Source: Parvularia atlantis
Lineage: Eukaryota
Direction: 5' to 3'
NCBI GenBank assembly: GCA_943704415.1
Contig: CALSCO010000481.1
Coordinates: 1-45,323, forward strand
Length of the DNA: 45,323 nt
Notes under the pieces: model-generated
What the model was told of the DNA's origin: nothing
The model's database searches: none
What the model saw: the letters and a program-made list of their open reading frames with translations, nothing else
Made by a program: the position numbers and the translations under genes
Shown: positions 1-10,207 of the stretch, in pieces
Position numbering within the stretch: position 1 is the stretch's first letter
How the letters are laid out: each line of letters starts with the position of its first letter

Positions 1-1369
1 GCGCGCGCAACAGCTTCAAGCTCATCCGCATGCGCGCAAGTGCACGGCGCGCACCTTTGAGCCGTTTCCAGCTCCACTGCTCGCGCCGCTCGCGGATGAC
101 CGTCAGGACGCAGTGGTAGGCAAAGTGCCACCACGAGCGCGGCTCGGCCTTGGGCGTGATGCCCGCGGGCGGGCGCAGGCCGCGGTAGGGCTCACCCTTG
201 GCCAGGTTGGCGAACGTGCCAAGGATGAGCAGGAGGTGGTGGTACTGGGCGCGGATGAGGTCGACCTCAAACGGGTCGAAGACGATGCGAGCGTTGACCT
301 TGGGGATGTGTGGGTTGACGCGGAAGCTGCTGTGCAGGCGCAGCTGGCACACGCCCGTGATCGGCTTGACCAGGTACTGGTTGTAGTGCTTGGTCGGGTT
401 GCGCGGCGGCTGGAAGCACGGGGCGCTGTCGGACTTGGTCGCGATGAGGCCCTGGAAGGCGAGAATGAGGTCGCCGGGGAAGAGCTCGGTGAAGAGGAAG
501 GTCTGGGCGTTGAAGTAGACGGCGAGGGCCTCGAGCGTGGTCGACTTGTGGATAAAGTCGCCCGGCTTGCGCACAAAGGTCGGCGCCCACTGGTCGTTCG
601 TCGACACGACGCTGATCTTGGCCACGGTCACGCCGAGGGCGATCGGTGCGGGCGCGCTGTAGTTGTCCTCGTAGCGGATGTGCACGTTGCTGATCACGAG
701 CTGCAGGTTGGCCAGGATGCGCTGCGCCAGCTTGGACTCGAAGTTGGCCATCTTGCGCTTCTCGCCGTCGTCCTGCTTGGCCGCGGCGCGTTCGGCCTCG
801 TACTGCTCGAGCCGGCGCATCTTCTCGCGCTGCTTGCGCTCCTCGTCGTAGATCGGGTCAAACTGCGCGGGCCGTGCGCGCGTCAGACGCTCAGCTCGCG
901 CGCGTGGTGTGTCTCGGCGCACCGAGGCGGCCGTGCGCGGCAGGACGAGCGCAAACACCTGGTCGAGCACGACGTGCACGGGCTCGGTCTTGAGGTTCTT
1001 CCACGGCACCTTGAGCGTAAGCGTGCCGACGAAGCCTGTGCGTGCACGCGCTCAGCGTGCAGTGTGCAGCGGACGGTGGAACCGTGCCCTTGTAGACGTC
1101 CACCGGCAGGTTCAGGAAGCGCAGCGCGTCGCGCCGCAGCTTGACGTTCTTGAGCTGCACATCGCCTGCGCGCTCGCACGCGTTAAGGATACCGCTGCTC
1201 GTGAGCCTGGACGCGCGCGCCTTTCCACAGCTGCAGGTTCAGCTGATCCTTCTCGAGGCCCTCGATGAAGTCGCCCAGGTACCTGTGCACGCGGCGGGCT
1301 CAGCACGGGCGCGCGCGACGGCCGCGGCGCGTGCCGATTAAGCAGACTCGACACAAACGCCTCGAGCAT
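1..1369 (-). CDS. VPS13: VPS13 family lipid-transfer protein, N-terminal chorein region (spliced; continues beyond window start)
   Basis: Spliced translation MLEAFVSSLLNRYLGDFIEGLEKDQLNLQLWKGDVQLKNVKLRRDALRFLNLPVDVYKGFVGTLTLKVPWKNLKTEPVHV...ILANLQLVISNVHIRYED matches the chorein-N signature. Introns 1283-1334, 1166-1220 and 1036-1087 have GC donors. Confidence 0.93.
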
Positions 1370-1695
1370 CCCGGACGGGTCGGGCTGGCGGGCGCGCGCG
1401 CGCGCTCCGGGAGAGGGGACGGGGCCGCGGCTCGTGCACGCCCTGCGTCACCGACGTTACTGGCGCGCGCACGTGGACGCGCGGGTTGCGCGGGATACAC
1501 GCGGAGACGGGTTGCGTGTGCGCACACGCATGCGCGGCCCGCCCGGCCAAGCGGCGCACGCTGCACCGGCACGCGGCGCGGTCCGCAGCGCACGGCCGGC
1601 GCAACGCGCGGCGCACGCGCCCGAAACCGGTCTGCGCGCAGCGACACGCATGTGTACGCCCAGGTGCTGTTCCGCCCTTAGCGACGCTGCGTACG

Positions 1696-3150
1696 ATGAC
1701 TGCAAGCGAGCTCGTCCAGCGCGCGCTCGACGCGTTCCTGGGCGACGACTACAACGCGAGCGTCGAGCTGTACGGCCAGGTGCTCGCGGCCGATGCGGGC
1801 CACGTCGACGCGCGCCTCGGCCGCTCGGCCGCGCTCGCCAAACTGGACCGGTTCGACGGTGCGCTTGTGTGACGCGTCGCGCCCCCGATGGAAGCCCCTT
1901 GACGCGCGCGCCCTGTGCCGCACGCAGACGCCCTTGCCGACGCCGACGCGGTGCTCGGCGCGCAGCCGGAGAGCCACCGGGCGCTACTGCGGCGCGGGTG
2001 CGAGGGCGAGTGCCGCGTCCTGCTCGAAGCTTCCGTCTGACCCCACGCGGTAGCATCGCCCTGCACGGCCTTGAGCGCTTCGCCGAGGCGCGCGCCGCGC
2101 TTGCCCGCGCGGTCGAGCACGTGCCGCACGACAAGGTCGTGGCGCACTGGCTGCGCAACTGTGACGAGGGTGCGTTTTGTGAGGGGCTCTGGCTTGGCAT
2201 CGTCTTGACGGCGCTTGCCTGCCAGCGCTGCGTTCCGCGCCTGCATCTGCAGCAGCAGCGCCTGCACCCGCAGCATCAGCGCCCGCAGCAGCGGCAGCGC
2301 TGGCCAAGCCGACCGTGCGCCACGAGTGGTACCAGACCGACCAGGACGTGTTTGTGTCAGTCTTCGTCAAGAACGCGCGCAAGGACGACGTCCACGTCGA
2401 GGTCACGCCCCGCGCTGTGAGCGTCGCAGCCCGCCGCGTATCGCCGCTACGTGCTCACGGCGGCTGCACGCCCCGCAGTTGAGCGTCACCGTCAAGCTGC
2501 CGACGGGCGCCGACTACAACCTTGAGCTCGACCTGGCCTTTGCGGTCGCGCCGGGCGAGTCGAGTCACGCGGTCTACGGCACCAAGATCGAGGTGCGCAT
2601 GCGCAAGGCGGAGGTCGGCCTGCGCTGGCCGCAACTCGAGGGCGATTTGCAAGCGCCCAATCCGCTGCCCGTGATGAACTCGACCGCTGGTGCGTGATGC
2701 TTGTGTGTGTGAGCACGTGCGTGTGCTGATGGCTGCGCCGCGCAGCTGTGCCAGCCGCCAAGCCGTCGTATCCGTCGTCTGCCAAGAAGGCACACGACTG
2801 GAACAAGCTCGAGCACGAGGTCAAGCAGGAGGAGGCGCAGGAGAAGCCCGACGGCGAGGCCGCGCTCAACGCGCTCTTCAAGCAAATCTACGCGAACGGC
2901 ACGGAGGAACAGCGGCGCGCCATGATCAAGTCCTACGTGCGTGCCTGTCGTTGTTTTTGTTGCGCGCTCACACGCTGCGCACACGCAGACCGAGTCTGGC
3001 GGCACAACGCTCAGCACCAACTGGAGCGAGGTGTGTGCGTGTTTGCTGCTCGCGCCGTGCGTGCTCACGCGGCCGCGTCAATAGGTGGCCGCGAAGCCCG
3101 TCGAGATTAAGCCGCCAGATGGCATGGTCGCGAAGAAGTTTGAACTGTGA
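1696..3150 (+). CDS. SGT1: SGT1/SUGT1 Hsp90 co-chaperone (TPR-CS-SGS), spliced
   Basis: TPR N-terminus, CS domain (RHEWYQTDQDVFVSVFVKN...GTKIEVRMRK) and SGS domain (PSYPSS..DWNKLE..GEAALNALFKQIYANG..RRAMIKSYTESGGTTLSTNWSEV). Stop TGA at 3148-3150. Confidence 0.95.
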
Positions 3151-3239
3151 GACGGCGCGACCAAGAAGGAGGTTGTTGCAGTCGACGTGACCGTGCTGGA
3201 ACGCGCATTGACATACATGCGCGTGCGCCAGCGCGACCA

Positions 3240-3572
3240 AGGACGACACGGAGCTCGACCTGGCGAGCACGACGCGCTGCGACGCGCTTTTGGGAGCTTG
3301 TTGTGCACGATCAGTTTGGTGCCCGATTATTGCCGTGACGTGCCACGATCGTCGCGCTTGCTGCTGTTGCGGCGGCACACGAGGCTGCTCACGACGCAGC
3401 GCATGACGCGGTGCACACTGTGCGGTGCCTGCGCCTGCGAGCGCGGCGGGGTCACACACTGATGCCGCAAATCAGTGTCGACGCGGACAACGTGCTTGTG
3501 CTGCTCGAGGAGGTCGGCGGTGACTGCACGACGGTGCAGATCACGGCCGTCGCCGCCTGTGCTGCTTGTTGA
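3240..3572 (+). pseudogene. Possible decayed fragment of a GH35 beta-galactosidase C-terminus
   Basis: Frame 3462-3572 reads MPQISVDADNVLVLLEEVGGDCTTVQIT, resembling the GH35 NxLVLFEExGGDP motif. ELDLAST and VPRS occur upstream in other frames. No coherent spliceable ORF. Confidence 0.3.
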
Positions 3573-3601
3573 TCGTACACATGAAAATCATCGCGACGTG
3601 C

Positions 3602-4312
3602 TCACGACTGCTTGGCAGTCTCGAGCGTTCGGTCGACCCACCGCAGCAGCACGGGCGCGACGACAAAGACCGCCACGAGGCCCACGACGGCGAGCACCGC
3701 GCCCAGCACCCACACCTGGCGCGGCAGGCCCAGCACGAGCGTGTTGACGACTGCGCCGCTGCGTCAGCCGCGAGCGACGGACGAGCGTGTACGTGCATGC
3801 ACCGATGTTGTACGGGACGGGCTGCGTCTCGACGCCGGCGACGAGCGAGAACGCGTCGTACTCGGCGGCTACCTCGAGCAGCACGGGCTGCAGAGGTCAG
3901 CTGGCGCCTTCCGCGATGCGGGCGCGAACGGACCTTGTCGTCGTCGCCGCCGTGCGCAAACACGATCTTCTCGGTGTTGAGCAGCTCGCGGTGTCCCGGA
4001 TGCCCGCTGTCGCCCACGAGCACGCGCAGGCGGAAGCTGGCCGGGTTCTGTGGCACGTCGCATCAGCGCACCGGATGCATGCGGGCGCGCTCTGACCGTC
4101 GCCGGGTACGAGATGCGCGCCTCGTACACCGCGCCCGCGCGCATCCCCGCGACCGCGTACACGTTCGGCGCGCCACCCGGCACGATCTTCTCGCGCAGCA
4201 GCTCCGCGTCGACCGCGAGCGCGCGCGGCAACGGCGGCGGCAGCCCCGTGGCGAGCGCCGCCGCGGCCGCACAGAACGCGAGCAGTACCGTGACAGATGA
4301 ACGTGCAGCCAT
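3602..4312 (-). CDS. Small signal-peptide + C-terminal TM protein, Pga1-like (putative GPI mannosyltransferase II co-activator), spliced
   Basis: Hydrophobic signal MAARSSVTVLLAFCAAAAALA, motifs YEARISYPATNPASF and RELLNTEKIVF, then PYNIVVNTLVLGLP followed by a TM helix. Stop TGA at 3602-3604. Confidence 0.6.
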
Positions 4313-4694
4313 ACTGCACACGCGCTGTTGGGCGGGAGATTGTTATCAGTAGCGTTTGGAAGGTTCGGCCATCGATCGATCCCTGGCCACGTGGACACTT
4401 TTCTTCCGCTCGCGACCGGACAGTCCGCGCCCGCGCAAGCCGTCGCTCTCGCACCACCACCCGCCGTCAGCACCACCACCCGCCGTCAGCGCTCGTCCCG
4501 TCGTCGTCGCCAGCGCACCCCGCCGAGCGACTTCTCCTCCTCGATCGTCTTTCCTCGGTCGTCGTCCCTTTTTTTTTTTTTTCCTGCCTGCGAAAGAGCG
4601 AGCGCGCCCGCCGGCCCCCTCGCCGTTACCTCGTCGTAAGCCAAAGCCTACAACCCGCCTGCGGCCCGTTCTCTCTGGTTCAAGACCACGGGGG

Positions 4695-4712
4695 ATGGGC
4701 ATGCGTCTTTGA
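4695..4712 (+). promoter_or_regulatory. Tiny uORF (MGMRL*) in the AdoMetDC leader
   Basis: ATG GGC ATG CGT CTT TGA lies 19 nt upstream of a second uORF and ~300 nt upstream of the main ATG. Confidence 0.45.
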
Positions 4713-4731
4713 GGTCGTCGTCGCTCTGAAC

Positions 4732-4782
4732 ATGCTCCTCGGCGTCTACTTTGCGCACTTCGGTTCGACCTTCCCTCCCTAG
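4732..4782 (+). promoter_or_regulatory. uORF MLLGVYFAHFGSTFPP* in the AdoMetDC leader (candidate polyamine-responsive stalling peptide)
   Basis: 16-codon AUG uORF with coding-like codon choice, ending Pro-Pro-TAG(TGA). The frame is also open upstream. Confidence 0.6.
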
Positions 4783-4990
4783 TGACCGCCTCGACCCGCC
4801 AGCTAGCCCGCCCAGCACCTCTCTCTCCCTCCCCTCGCACTCGCTCGATCCCCCACCACCGGCCCCGCGGCAGCAGACGCGCCCGTCCCTTTCCCCTTCC
4901 TTTCCCCTTCCCTCCCCTCGTCCTCGCCCACCCACCACCACCCGCGTCTGCCCGCCCCGCCGCGCCGACCCGCGCCAGCCGTCCGTCCCG

Positions 4991-6453
4991 ATGACCGGCG
5001 CGTTCACGTGCGTACCGTGCGCGCGCGCTTGTGCCGTGCTGACGCGACCTCGCGCGTGCTTAGCCCCCTCCCGGAGGCCAGCCAGCTGCTGGCCAAGCAC
5101 GCCCAGGCGCACGACGACCGCGCCACGCTCGCCTTGCCCGGCGACGATGACCGCGACCTATCGTACCCGAGCCCGGGCTTTTTCGAGGGAGCCGAGAAGC
5201 TGTTTGAGGTGCACTTCCGGCCCTCGCCCGACGCCGCCGGCGCGTCGCTGCGCACCGTCCCGCGCAACGACTGGGACAAGCTGCTCAAGCTCGTCAACTG
5301 CGAGATCGTGAGTACGCTGTCGAACGACATGCTCGACTCGTACGTGCTCAGGTGCGTGCGCTGCCTCACGCGCCCTGCCCCTGCGCCTGACGCGCGTGTG
5401 CGACGATCGACAGCGAGAGCAGCATGTTTGTCTACGCGCACAAGCTCATCCTCAAGACATGCGGCACGACCACGCTGCTGCATGCCGTCGATCCTTTCCT
5501 GCAGATCGCGCGGGCCTGCGGGCTGACCGAGATCGACAGCGTCTACTACTCGCGCAAGTGCTTCATCGAGCCGGACCGCCAGGTGGCCCCGCACGGCAAG
5601 TTTGACGCCGAGGTCGCGCGGCTCAAGACCGTGTTTGGTGCGCGCGGGCCGCCGGTCGGGACACGCGGCGGCGGGCTCACGGCGGGCGCGCGCTCGCTCA
5701 GACGGCGGCGAGTCGTACGTCCTCGGCCCGATGAACGGCGACCACTGGTACCTCTTCGCGGCCGGCACGGTTAACGCGCCGCCCGGGAACCTCCCGCGCG
5801 GCCTCACGGTGCTGCCGGACCACACGCTCGAGGTGCGTGCGCGGCGGTGGCAATCGGGGGAATGCACGTGCTGATGGTTGCCGCGCAGGTGCTCATGCAC
5901 GACCTCGACCCGAAGGCGATGCGCCACTTCTACCGCAACGAGGCCTTCGTGAGCACGCGCGCCGCGTCGCGCAACAGCGGCATCGCCGACCTCGTCCCCG
6001 AGGCGACGCTCGACGACCTCGTTTTTGACCCGTGCGGCTACTCGGCCAACGGCATTGTCGAGGACTCGTACTTCACGATCCACGTCACGCCGCAGCCCGA
6101 GTGCTCGTTCGCCAGGTGTGCGCTCGTGTGACACGAGGCGGGGCCGGGCGCTGACCTGGCGGGCGCAGCTTCGAAACCAATATCCCGCTCGAGAACTACA
6201 CCAAGCTGGTCAACAAGATCGTGAAGGTGTTCCGCCCGCGACGCTTCACGGTGCGTCTGCGCGGCTGGGAGCGATGGTTGCGCTGACGGCGCCGGGCGTG
6301 CAGGTCACGCTCTTCACCAGCGACAGCGCCATCTGCGGCATGTCGTTCAACGGCGTCGACGCGAAGAAGATCGCCGGCTTCCGCCGCACCAACTACACCG
6401 TCACGCACTTCACCACGCACAACCTGACGTTTGTGCACTTTGTGCGCGTCTGA
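4991..6453 (+). CDS. AMD1: S-adenosylmethionine decarboxylase proenzyme, spliced
   Basis: GFFEGAEKLFEV, self-cleavage motif YVLSESSMFVY (intron-split), LILKTCGTTTLL, FDPCGYSANG, TIHVTPQPECSFASFET. First intron 5008-5063 joins MTGAFT-PLPE in frame. Confidence 0.97.
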
Positions 6454-6634
6454 GCCCCGCGCGCTTCTACTTTTGTTCATTCAGCATCTGTTGTTGTTTT
6501 TCGTTCCTCCCCTCCCCCTCCTCTGTCAGTGTGCGTGCGCGGTGGCCCCGGGCCTGCGACGCCGAGCAATTAAAAAAAAAAGTCGCAGAGAAGTGGCAGC
6601 GCAGACACAGAACTGAATCTTTGGAGCGTGAGAG

Positions 6635-7482
6635 TCAGACCTCCTCTACGGCGAGCTCAAACGCGTCGACGTCAGCAAACTCGCGGCGGCGCTCCTGCGC
6701 CACGTCTGCCGCGGGCGGCGCGACCTGGGCGCGACGGGCAGCGTGAGCAGCGCAGTGCGCAAACGTGCGCACGGGAGACGCACGTCGCGGTGGTGGTGCT
6801 TGGCGTGCTTGCGCCCGCGCCGCGACGCGCCCACCGGCTTGGTGCTGTCGACGATGCGCAGCACCAGGTCCGTGAACACGTCGCTGTACGAGCCCGCTGA
6901 GCTCGACGAGCCCGATGACACCGTGGACGTGCCCGAGGCCGTCGACGATGTGGACGTGTCCAGCGGGTCCGCGCGCGGTGGCGCCACCTTGCCTGCGACA
7001 ACGTTGGCGTGCGGTGGCGTGTTCTCCTTGCCGTCGACGCCGCCGTCACCGCTCACGACGGGTGCGGGCGCGTCGGTGTCGCTGTCGCTGTCAGGCCGCC
7101 TCGCGTGCGCCTGGGCGTCGGCTGCTTTCTTCGCCGCCGCTGCAACAGCGGCGGCACTGCGCTGCGGGCGTTTGCGCGTCGTCGTCGTCGTCGTCGTCGT
7201 CGTTGTCATCGTCGTCGGCACCACTGTATCCGCCACGGCATCGACAGTCCCGCGGCCACCGTCGTTGTCGCCGCCCTCGTCGCTCGGCACGGCGCTGCTC
7301 GCACTTTCCACGTCACGGTTGGGCGTGCTCTCGCTCGTCGCCCCTGCCGCCGCCACCGCCGCCCCGCCCGCCGCTGCTGCGCCTCGCCGCGTCGTCCGCC
7401 GTACGTCCGCCGCCGTGTGCGCCGCCGTGTGCGCCGCCGTCGCCGCTTGCGCTGCCGCCGCCTGCACCGCTCGTCTGCCCAT
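6635..7482 (-). CDS. Sororin-like cohesin regulator (disordered, KEN box, C-terminal Sororin motif)
   Basis: Low-complexity ORF from ATG 7482 with KEN box (DGKENTPP, 7021-7029). GT-AG intron 6725-6783 gives terminal exon [29 protein letters not shown]. Confidence 0.75.
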
Positions 7483-7545
7483 CCGAGGCACCGTTACGAA
7501 GTTCGAACGTCGTCGCGCCTGTTGGCCAAACATTTGCTGCCGGCG

Positions 7546-8622
7546 ATGGGTGCGTGCGCGCGCGGAGCCACGTCGGCGCCTCGGTCTCTCAGCGCGACGG
7601 CTGACGGCGCGGCGGCGCCCCGCAGGCGGCTTCTTCTCCATCTTCGAGCGCCTGTGGGGCGAGAAGGAGCGGCGCATCCTCATCCTTGGCCTCGATGGCG
7701 CCGGCAAGACGACGATCCTCTACCGTCTTCAGGTGCGCGCGCTCGCGCTCATTCTGAGCTGAGCCGCTGACGATCGGCCGCGCAGATCGGCGAGGTCGTG
7801 ACGACTATCCCGAGTGCGCGCCGCCCGCGTGTGCCGCGTGTCGCTCTAGTTGACCGCGGCGCGTTCGCCAGCCATCGGCTTCAACGTCGAGAGCGTGCAG
7901 TACAAGAACATCAAGTTCCAGGGTGCGCGCCACGCCCGCCGCGCCAGCCACGTGCGCTCACTGCCACGTCGTGCGCGCCACGCCTGCAGTATGGGACCTC
8001 GGCGGTGCGTGCGCGCGCGCCCCCTGCTGTCTGCGCAGGGCTTGACACGCACGCGCGCGCCTCGCAGGCCAGACGAGCATCCGGTGCACGCCGCGGCCGC
8101 TGGCGCCGCCTCGCGCTGACGGACACACGCGCCACGCGCAGGCCATACTGGCGGTGCTACTACGCCAACACGGACGCGATCATCTACGTCGTCGACAGCT
8201 GCGACCGGGAGCGGTTAGGCATCTCCAAGGACGAGCTGCTGGCGATGATGGAGGTGCGGACGCCGCACGCACGACGGGGCGGCCCTGCTGACGGCGTGTA
8301 CACGTGCGAAGGAGGAGGAGCTCAAGGACGCGGTGCTGCTGGTGTTTGCCAACAAGCAGGTCCGCGCCGCGTGCAGCTGGACGGGCGTGTCGTGCTGAGC
8401 CGTGCGCAGGACATGGACCAGGCCATGACGCCCGCCGAGGTGTCCGAGGGCCTCGGCCTAACGAGCCTCAAGAGCCGCCAGTGGCAGATCTTCAAGACGT
8501 CGGCCGTGAAGGGCGTGGGCCTGACGGAGGGCCTGGACTGGTGCGTGGCCCGTTCTGCGCGCGCGGATGCGAGCCAGTGCAGACGGCGTGCACGCAGGCT
8601 CGTCGGCGTGCTGAAAAAGTAG
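7546..8622 (+). CDS. ARL1: ADP-ribosylation factor-like GTPase 1, spliced with micro-exons
   Basis: [86 protein letters not shown]. Confidence 0.96.
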
Positions 8623-8674
8623 CGGCACCCGCGGCGAGCGCTTCTGTGTCTGTCTGTGGCTTGTCGCTTTGTGC

Positions 8675-10034
8675 TTAGCACACGACCGGTTCGCTCCCGC
8701 CCGCGTGGCGCACGTGCGCGCCCGCCGCGTCGATCGCGTACGCAAGCTGCGTCACGGGCGACATGGGCGACTTGACCACGCGCAGCCGCGCAGGTGGGCC
8801 GGGCTCGAGCGCGAGGCGCACGTTCACGGCGTGGCTCCAGGTGTTGCCGAGCGCCGGCACGGCCACGCCGGCCTCGGTCTGAATGTCGGACGCGGCTGAG
8901 CGCCCACGCGGTGAATGTGGGCATACATGTACACGCGCGCGGAAGGCAGCGGCCCGCACCCGCCGCCACGTCAAACTTGGCCGTGACTTGGTTCGTGACG
9001 AGCACCTGTCATCGCCGGCGTCAGCGCACGCGCCCTTCATCGCACGCGGCGTGCACCGGGATGCTGAAGGTCGAGCTGAGGTGTCTGGGCTCACGCAGCG
9101 TGAGCAGGCGGATACGAGCGTGGCGCACACACGCACTTGAGCGTCGAGGCGGTCGAGGCGAGCAGGTCTGTGCGCTCGATCAGCGAGCTCGCGCCAAAGT
9201 CCTTGCGGAAGAGCGACGCGATCGAGTCGACCACAACGAGGCGCGCGCGGCTCGCGACGATCAGCTGCTCCAGCCCCCGCAGCCTAGGCACGGCGGTCAG
9301 AACGGCGAGACGCGGGACGATGGAGCACGCACGTCTCGCCCAGCTCGCGCGCGCTCTCGACGTTGAGCACGCGCACGGCCTCGGCGACCCGCCGCACGGC
9401 GTCCGCGTCCCTGCCGGCCGCGTGCGATGCGATCTCGGCAAGGCTGCGCCACCGCACGAGCGTGAGTGAGCGGCTGCAGCAAGCGGCCACCGGGCTCACC
9501 GCGTCGCGCTGAACGCTGTAGTGCAACGACGGCCCTGTTTTTTAGCAGTTGAAGCGGCATCGGCGGGGGCGCAAGCGCACCCTGCTCCGTGTCGACGTAC
9601 ACGACGCCGCTGCCGTCGTCGCCCAGCGCCGCCGCGACGGCCGCCGTGAGGCAGAACTGCGTCTTGCCCACGCCGGCCGGCCCAACAACCTCGGTCACCA
9701 TGCCGCAAGGCAGGCCGCCGCGCAGCACGGCGTTGAGGTCGGCGTCGAGCGTCGGCAGTGCCGCGCGCCGTCGCCGCCGCTGCTGCAGCTCCTGCCTCGC
9801 CGGCGCGGCCGCGCGGCACACGGCCGCGAGCACCTCGCGCGCACGCAGCAGGTCGACGTCGAGCATCGCGACGAGATCGAGGTCGCTGAGCACGATCGCG
9901 TCCTGTGTGCATCCTCAGATTGCACGGCAGCAGCAGCAGCAGCAGCAACGCACCCGGCACGTCAGCACCTGCTGCTCGGCCAGGCGCTGCGCCAGCGCCG
10001 GATCGACGCCGGTGACGCGATGCAGCCTGCGCAT
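8675..10034 (-). CDS. RAD51B: RAD51 paralog B, spliced
   Basis: N-terminus RLAEQQVLTCRD, Walker A GGLPCGMVTEVVGPAGVGKTQFC, VVYVDTEQAFSATRLAEIA, Walker B VVVDSIASLFRKDF, VLVTNQV, PALGNTWSHAVNVRL, KSP. Confidence 0.88.
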
Positions 10035-10091
10035 CCGCGGCGAATCGCACTCGAGATTCGAGCGGTCACCCCACTGGTTGCGGTGCCGCGA

Positions 10092-10173
10092 ATGGCGTCG
10101 CTACCTCTGTCGCTCTCGTCCGTGCTCGCGCCCCCGACCGGCGGCGCGGGTGGCGCGGCGGGCGGCGACGGGC

Positions 10174-10207
<34 letters not shown>

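Noticed and set aside
4636..4684. Possible GTAAG...AAG intron in the AdoMetDC leader
   Set aside because: It has an atypical acceptor, no clear branch site and no reading-frame constraint to support it, so it is left unannotated.
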